From NCBI RefSeq assembly GCF_019464535.1, contig NZ_CP080507.1:1290001-1322000 (forward strand): DNA of 32,000 bases, given 5' to 3'. Below are positions 23,861 through 32,000 of this stretch, one piece after another. The DNA comes from Horticoccus luteus (GTDB taxonomy: Bacteria > Verrucomicrobiota > Verrucomicrobiia > Opitutales > Opitutaceae). A program made the position numbers and the translations under genes. How positions within the stretch are numbered: the first letter of the stretch is position 1; each line of letters starts with the position of its first letter. The notes beneath the pieces are model-generated. The model did not search any database, was not told the origin of the DNA, and saw nothing but the letters and a program-made list of their open reading frames with translations.

Positions 23861-25099
23861 ATGAGCCATTCGTCGCGCAGTATCGTCTGGATCGTCACCA
23901 CGCAGTGGCGCGGGCAGGCGCTCGGGTGCGCGGGCGATGTGAACGCGCGAACGCCGGGTCTCGATGCGATGGCGGCGGGCGGGGTGAACTTTTGCGAGGC
24001 GGTGACGCCGCATCCATTCGGGCCGTTCGCGCGGGCGGCGATGCTGACGGGCGTGCTTTCGCCGGCGAACGGCGTGCGTGATTATTTCGACCCGCTGCCC
24101 GGAGGAGCGAGAACGGCGGCGCACGTTTTTGGGGAAGCGGGCTACGGCACGGGATTTTTCGGCAAGTGGCATTTGAGTGAGCGTGATCGCACGGCGCCGT
24201 TGGTTGGTGAAGCGCACGCGCGCAGCGTCGTGCCGGCAGCGCGACGGGGCGGGTTTGCGTTTTGGGAAGGTTTTGAGAGCGGATTTCAGCTCAACAATCC
24301 TTGGTTGCATGGCTCCGTGCTGCCGGAGCCGACGCAGTTTCGCGGCTACCAAGCGGAGGTCGTCTGCGCGCGCGCAGCGGAATGGTGTGCCGCGCAAACG
24401 GTGCCGTTTTTCGCCATGGTGAGCCTGGAGCCGCCGCATCCGCCGTATGGCGCAGCAGCGGCGGGCGTGGCGCGGCGGGCGCCGGAGGCGATGGTGCTCG
24501 CACCGAATGTGCCGCGTGGCGGCGAGGTGGAGCGGAGGGCGAGGGCAGAACTCGCGGGTTACTATGCGCACATCGAGGCGACGGACCGGGCGGTGGCGGC
24601 GCTGGCCGCGCGTCTCGACGCCGCAGGCAGCATCGTGGTGGTCACTTCGGTGCACGGCGACATGCACGGGGCGCACGGACTTTTTCGCAAAGGCTGGCCG
24701 TATGAGGAAAGCATTCGCGTGCCGATGATCGTCACGGGGATCAAAGGCGGGCGGGCGGCGGGCGGCCGGCGGGACGAGGCGTTGGTGTCGCTGACGGATT
24801 TACTGGCGTGGAGCCTCGGCTGGGCGGGAGTCGGGCCTTGCGCAGCGCCGGCGGAGGCGCAGCTCATTTCGATGCCGTCCGTCGTGGCGTTGCCCGATCA
24901 ATGCGACCGGGTATGGCGCGGGCTGCGCACGAGGTCGCACAAAATCGTGTTGAACGACGACGGCGCGCCGTGGCTGTGCTTCGATCGCTCCGCTGATCCG
25001 TTCGAGCAGATCAATTTGGTCGGCGCGCCGGGCGTCGGCTCAATGGTGGACGCGCTGGCGCGGGAAGCGCGTTGGCGGTGGGCGCAAGTGCGCGGATAG
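23861..25099 (+). CDS. Sulfatase-fold protein lacking formylglycine and metal-binding signatures (probable non-catalytic or repurposed)
   Basis: ATG at 23861. Collinear with type I sulfatases: IVWIV..., TPGLDAMAAGG, ARAAMLTG, GKWHL, EPPHPPY, VVTSVHG, RKGWPYEESIRVPMIV. However DD is replaced by TQ, C/S-x-P-x-R by G-P-F-A-R (24020-24034), and SDHG by SVHG. No signal peptide. Confidence 0.8.
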   Translation: MSHSSRSIVWIVTTQWRGQALGCAGDVNARTPGLDAMAAGGVNFCEAVTPHPFGPFARAAMLTGVLSPANGVRDYFDPLPGGARTAAHVFGEAGYGTGFFGKWHLSERDRTAPLVGEAHARSVVPAARRGGFAFWEGFESGFQLNNPWLHGSVLPEPTQFRGYQAEVVCARAAEWCAAQTVPFFAMVSLEPPHPPYGAAAAGVARRAPEAMVLAPNVPRGGEVERRARAELAGYYAHIEATDRAVAALAARLDAAGSIVVVTSVHGDMHGAHGLFRKGWPYEESIRVPMIVTGIKGGRAAGGRRDEALVSLTDLLAWSLGWAGVGPCAAPAEAQLISMPSVVALPDQCDRVWRGLRTRSHKIVLNDDGAPWLCFDRSADPFEQINLVGAPGVGSMVDALAREARWRWAQVRG

Positions 25100-25103
25100 C
25101 GGA

Positions 25104-29018
<3,915 letters not shown>

Positions 29019-29083
29019 TCTTAAATTAGGGATAAACCCCTAGTGAAAACGACCGCGCGCCCGCGGAGCAAGCTCGCGTTTTG

Positions 29084-31843
29084 TTATTGCTGGGGCGGCG
29101 ACGACGTTTTTTCGGGGCTGCGGGCAGTTTCCGGAGGCGGCGAGTCGGAATGGGTGAGATTGCGGAAGAAATTGGTCGGCCCCATGACAAAAGCCCAGGC
29201 GGGCTTGGCGAGGTTGCCGGTGAGCTTGACCTCCAAAACGGTCGAAAGCGGCGTCAGGACGGCTCCCATCAGGCTCTGGAGGAACAACTTGCTTTCTTGA
29301 AACGGATAAACGCGGGCGTTGAAATCGAGGGTTTTGCGGTCGAGCCGGTAGGTGCCGTGGCCTTCGATTGCGGAGTTGGCTCCGGTGAGGCTGACGTCGG
29401 AAAACGCGAGCTCGGGACCCTTGATATCAAATTTGCCGTGCGCGGCCGTGAAGCGCAGCGCGGTGAATTTGAGAAGATCGGACAGGAGGCCGAGCAGCTT
29501 GACCTGGCCGAGCTGCGAGCCTGCAAGCTCCGCATGGCCGGAACCGTGATAGCTGTAAGGATCGGTGAACATTCCTTCAGCCGCAGCGGCGAGATCCACG
29601 CGCACGTTGTCGGGGAGGGAACTTGGGCCGCCCGCTTTCGAGGATTGGGTGGGACCGAAAAATTTCTCCAGCGCGTGGCCGGCCAGCCCGAGGCGGGCGG
29701 AGTGCAGCTGCACGTCGAAGCGCAACCGGCGTTCGCCGCCGAGGCCGGTGACTTGCGCGGTGCCGGTGGCGAGGCCCTCGGCAAAATGCGTTTCGAATTT
29801 GTCGATGGTGAGGTTTCGATCGTTGAGTGCCGCGGTGAACTTCACGCCTTGCAGCGGAAAGTGGTAGAGCGAGAACTCGCCGGGGGATTCGGCGGTGATG
29901 GCGATCGTCTGGTGTTCGCCGTCGGCTGAGCCCGGGCCAGTGACACGTCCGCGCACGGTGAGATTGGGCGGAGTGGCGAAGGTGAACGGCTCAACGATCT
30001 CTTCGCCGAGGCGCTCGAAGATTTTGGCGGCGTCGTGGATCGGGACGGTCGAAGCGAAATCGAAATCGACGCTTTCCCATTCGCCGTTGGCGGCATTGAC
30101 GCGACGGGTGAAGGTGCCGCGCGCGCCAGCGGTGTCGCGACTGAGCACGAGTTCCAAGCCGTCGTAAAAATCGGGGCGCACAAAGAGGCGCGTGTGCACG
30201 TGGGCGAAGGGCACGGCGCGGATGGCGGCGTCGGCACCATCGGCAAGCACGAAGACGTGAGAGAGATCCGCTTCGCCCCAGCGGCCTTGCACATCGACGT
30301 CGGCGGAGGGAGGCGGGCCGGGGAACGCGAAATTTGCGAAGAAGTTGTCCCACCAGTCGTGGAACCAAGGAGAAATTTGGCGCGGCCGAAGTCGTCCGCG
30401 CAGGAGAAAGCGATAATCCCGCGACGTGAGGTTGCCTGTGTAGCTGCCGCGCGCCTCCTGATCGCCCAGTTGGAGAATGATGTCGCTGGCCGTGAAATCG
30501 CCGTCGCGGAACAGAAGCCCGGCGCTGGCGCGCGCGAGTGGCACGCCGTGAAAATCGAGGTTGCGCGCGTCGAGCCGACCGGTGGCCTGCACGAGCTTGG
30601 GGCCCGGGCCGAATTCCGCTTCGAGCTGCACGGCGGCGGGAGGGCCGAGGGCGATCCACGCGGTGAGATCGTGGCCGAGTTTTTCGCCGACGTTGGCAAT
30701 CCATGCCGCGGGCACAGAGGTTTCGAGGGCGACGTGGCCGGTGCGGCGTCGCCAATCTCCGCCACCGGCGAGGACTACGGGCGCTTCGAGCACGCGGGCG
30801 TTGAGCGAGCCGCCGACCTCGTCGCCGTCGATGGCGAGCGTCGCGAAGGGGGCTTCAATGCGGTAGCCGCGAAAGGTGGTTTCGGCGGCGGCAAATTCGA
30901 GGCCGCGAGGTTGCAAATCGGACCAGCGTTCGGCGGGGGCGGCCTGCCCGCGCAGCCACACGCGTTTCGCGGAAGCGGCGAGAGCGGGAAGATCGACGCC
31001 GGCCGTGCTTACTTCGAAATGGAGACCATTGGGGGCGCCGGTGAACGAGAACGAAGACTGGGCGCGCAGCGGGCCGGTGTGGATTTCCTGCGGCGCGAGA
31101 ACCATCATGCCGCGCGCGTGGAGCGTCGCGGTGACGAAGGCGATGCGGGTATCGGAGGGCTCAAGTTCCAAGTGCAGGTCGGGCTGCTGCAGCGTGCCGA
31201 GGTGCCCGGAGAGTTCGGCGAGGCGGCGACTGAGCGTGGGAAAATAATGCGCGATCGCGTCGGCGAGGTTCTGGCGAGGCGACGAGGATTTGGCGGAGCG
31301 CAATTGCAGTGCGCCGCGGGCGGTGAGACGCAGATTGGCGATCTGCGCGGTGAATTGATCGATCGAGAGCAGCAAGCCATCGCGGCGCAGCGTGCAGTCG
31401 GCGTTGCGCAGCAACGGTTCGGCGGCGCCCGAGGGAGAAAACATCGCGGGCGTGAGGACTTCGAGGCCGGTGGCGCGCACGAGGCGTGGTTCGAAGCGGC
31501 CGACGAGGAGCGTCCACGGATCGAGTTCCACGAAGACGGCGCGACTGGTGAGCACAGGGTCGTGAATCGTGGTGGTGGAAAGCGCGACGTGCTCGAAGAG
31601 GATGCGGCCGGTGGGATCGAAGGTGGCGTGTTTGAAGGTGGCGACGACGTGGGCCGCGGCGAGGCGTTCCTCCATGGCGCGCAGCACGAACGCGGGCACG
31701 GCGAATTCGCGTTGCACGGCGATATGAATCTGCACGCCGAGGAGCACGACGAGGAGGAGCCAGAGCGTCCAGATGACGAAGGAGCAGACGCAGGACCAAC
31801 AGATGCGCCCGGCCGCGCCGCAGAGTTGCCGCCACGATTTCAT
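29084..31843 (-). CDS. AsmA/YhdP-like large envelope protein (N-terminal TM anchor, long beta-rich body)
   Basis: 919 aa. N-terminal TM (FVIWTLWLLLVVLLGV). Repetitive beta-rich sequence. The C-terminal block GHGTYRLDRKTLDFNARVYP...LEVKLTGNLAKPAWAF resembles the AsmA-like C-terminal region. Assignment by resemblance only. Confidence 0.65.
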   Translation of the reverse strand: MKSWRQLCGAAGRICWSCVCSFVIWTLWLLLVVLLGVQIHIAVQREFAVPAFVLRAMEERLAAAHVVATFKHATFDPTGRILFEHVALSTTTIHDPVLTSRAVFVELDPWTLLVGRFEPRLVRATGLEVLTPAMFSPSGAAEPLLRNADCTLRRDGLLLSIDQFTAQIANLRLTARGALQLRSAKSSSPRQNLADAIAHYFPTLSRRLAELSGHLGTLQQPDLHLELEPSDTRIAFVTATLHARGMMVLAPQEIHTGPLRAQSSFSFTGAPNGLHFEVSTAGVDLPALAASAKRVWLRGQAAPAERWSDLQPRGLEFAAAETTFRGYRIEAPFATLAIDGDEVGGSLNARVLEAPVVLAGGGDWRRRTGHVALETSVPAAWIANVGEKLGHDLTAWIALGPPAAVQLEAEFGPGPKLVQATGRLDARNLDFHGVPLARASAGLLFRDGDFTASDIILQLGDQEARGSYTGNLTSRDYRFLLRGRLRPRQISPWFHDWWDNFFANFAFPGPPPSADVDVQGRWGEADLSHVFVLADGADAAIRAVPFAHVHTRLFVRPDFYDGLELVLSRDTAGARGTFTRRVNAANGEWESVDFDFASTVPIHDAAKIFERLGEEIVEPFTFATPPNLTVRGRVTGPGSADGEHQTIAITAESPGEFSLYHFPLQGVKFTAALNDRNLTIDKFETHFAEGLATGTAQVTGLGGERRLRFDVQLHSARLGLAGHALEKFFGPTQSSKAGGPSSLPDNVRVDLAAAAEGMFTDPYSYHGSGHAELAGSQLGQVKLLGLLSDLLKFTALRFTAAHGKFDIKGPELAFSDVSLTGANSAIEGHGTYRLDRKTLDFNARVYPFQESKLFLQSLMGAVLTPLSTVLEVKLTGNLAKPAWAFVMGPTNFFRNLTHSDSPPPETARSPEKTSSPPQQ

Positions 31844-31897
31844 GGCAGCAGCGGCGTGGAACGAGCGGCGAAAGCGGCCGGGAACATGACGGCGCGA

Positions 31898-32000
31898 TCA
31901 GGGCTTCGGGGCGGGCGAGGGACCGGGATCGCGCGAGCCGTAAGTGAGCGTCCACAGGGCGTCGAGGAACGGTTGTTCAACGGCGAAGACGGCGCCAAAT
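31898..32000 (-). CDS. 3' end of an unidentified gene running off the window
   Basis: Minus-strand frame open from 32000 to a TGA at 31898-31900. By hand translation it ends ...FGAVFAVEQPFLDALWTLTYGSRDPGPSPAPKP. GC-rich third positions are consistent with coding. Too short to identify. Confidence 0.3.
   Translation of the reverse strand, partial: FGAVFAVEQPFLDALWTLTYGSRDPGPSPAPKP

Noticed and set aside
23654-24676. 340-aa minus-strand ORF opposite the sulfatase-like gene
   Set aside because: Arg-rich antisense frame. The plus frame retains the sulfatase scaffold blocks.

Overview
This is a GC-rich (roughly two-thirds G+C by eye), densely coding chromosomal segment. I support 25 complete protein genes plus one partial ORF at the right edge. 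I found no rRNA, tRNA, CRISPR array, transposase, integrase or phage-like gene.

The gene content is an octaheme c-type cytochrome with a helical-repeat tail, a sulfatase-fold protein, a GYF-domain membrane protein, an ECF sigma module and a very large hybrid histidine kinase. Together with the composition, this suggests a PVC-group (Verrucomicrobiota-like) genome, but that is inference only.

Most of the window is ordinary housekeeping:
- Metabolism and translation: purine nucleoside phosphorylase, HAD hydrolase, EEP-family phosphoesterase, trpA, NAD-dependent sugar epimerase, miaA, argS.
- Signalling: REC-GGDEF response regulator.
- Envelope: TolC-like outer membrane protein, PpiD-like chaperone, YihY/BrkB-family membrane protein, AsmA-like protein.

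Almost every real gene is shadowed by long antisense or alternate-frame ORFs. These are expected at this GC content and I rejected them.

I do not see a clear-cut, self-contained novel multi-gene system such as a defence island. The observations most worth follow-up are:
1. A full-length thymidine-phosphorylase homologue whose glycine-rich catalytic loop is replaced, with an unusually low-GC 5' end.
2. A sulfatase-fold protein lacking the formylglycine motif and the metal-binding aspartates, transcribed divergently from an ECF sigma module.
3. An overlapping pair of uncharacterised lipoprotein genes.
4. An octaheme cytochrome apparently co-transcribed with a small His-bearing 4-TM protein.
5. 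A YihY-family protein with a low-complexity insertion and a winged-helix-like C-terminal extension.
6. Several non-coding oddities: a 41-bp tandem repeat, an approximately 83-nt polypurine tract and an 11-bp inverted repeat over a promoter-like element.

All functional calls come from reading motifs by eye. No database search was run.
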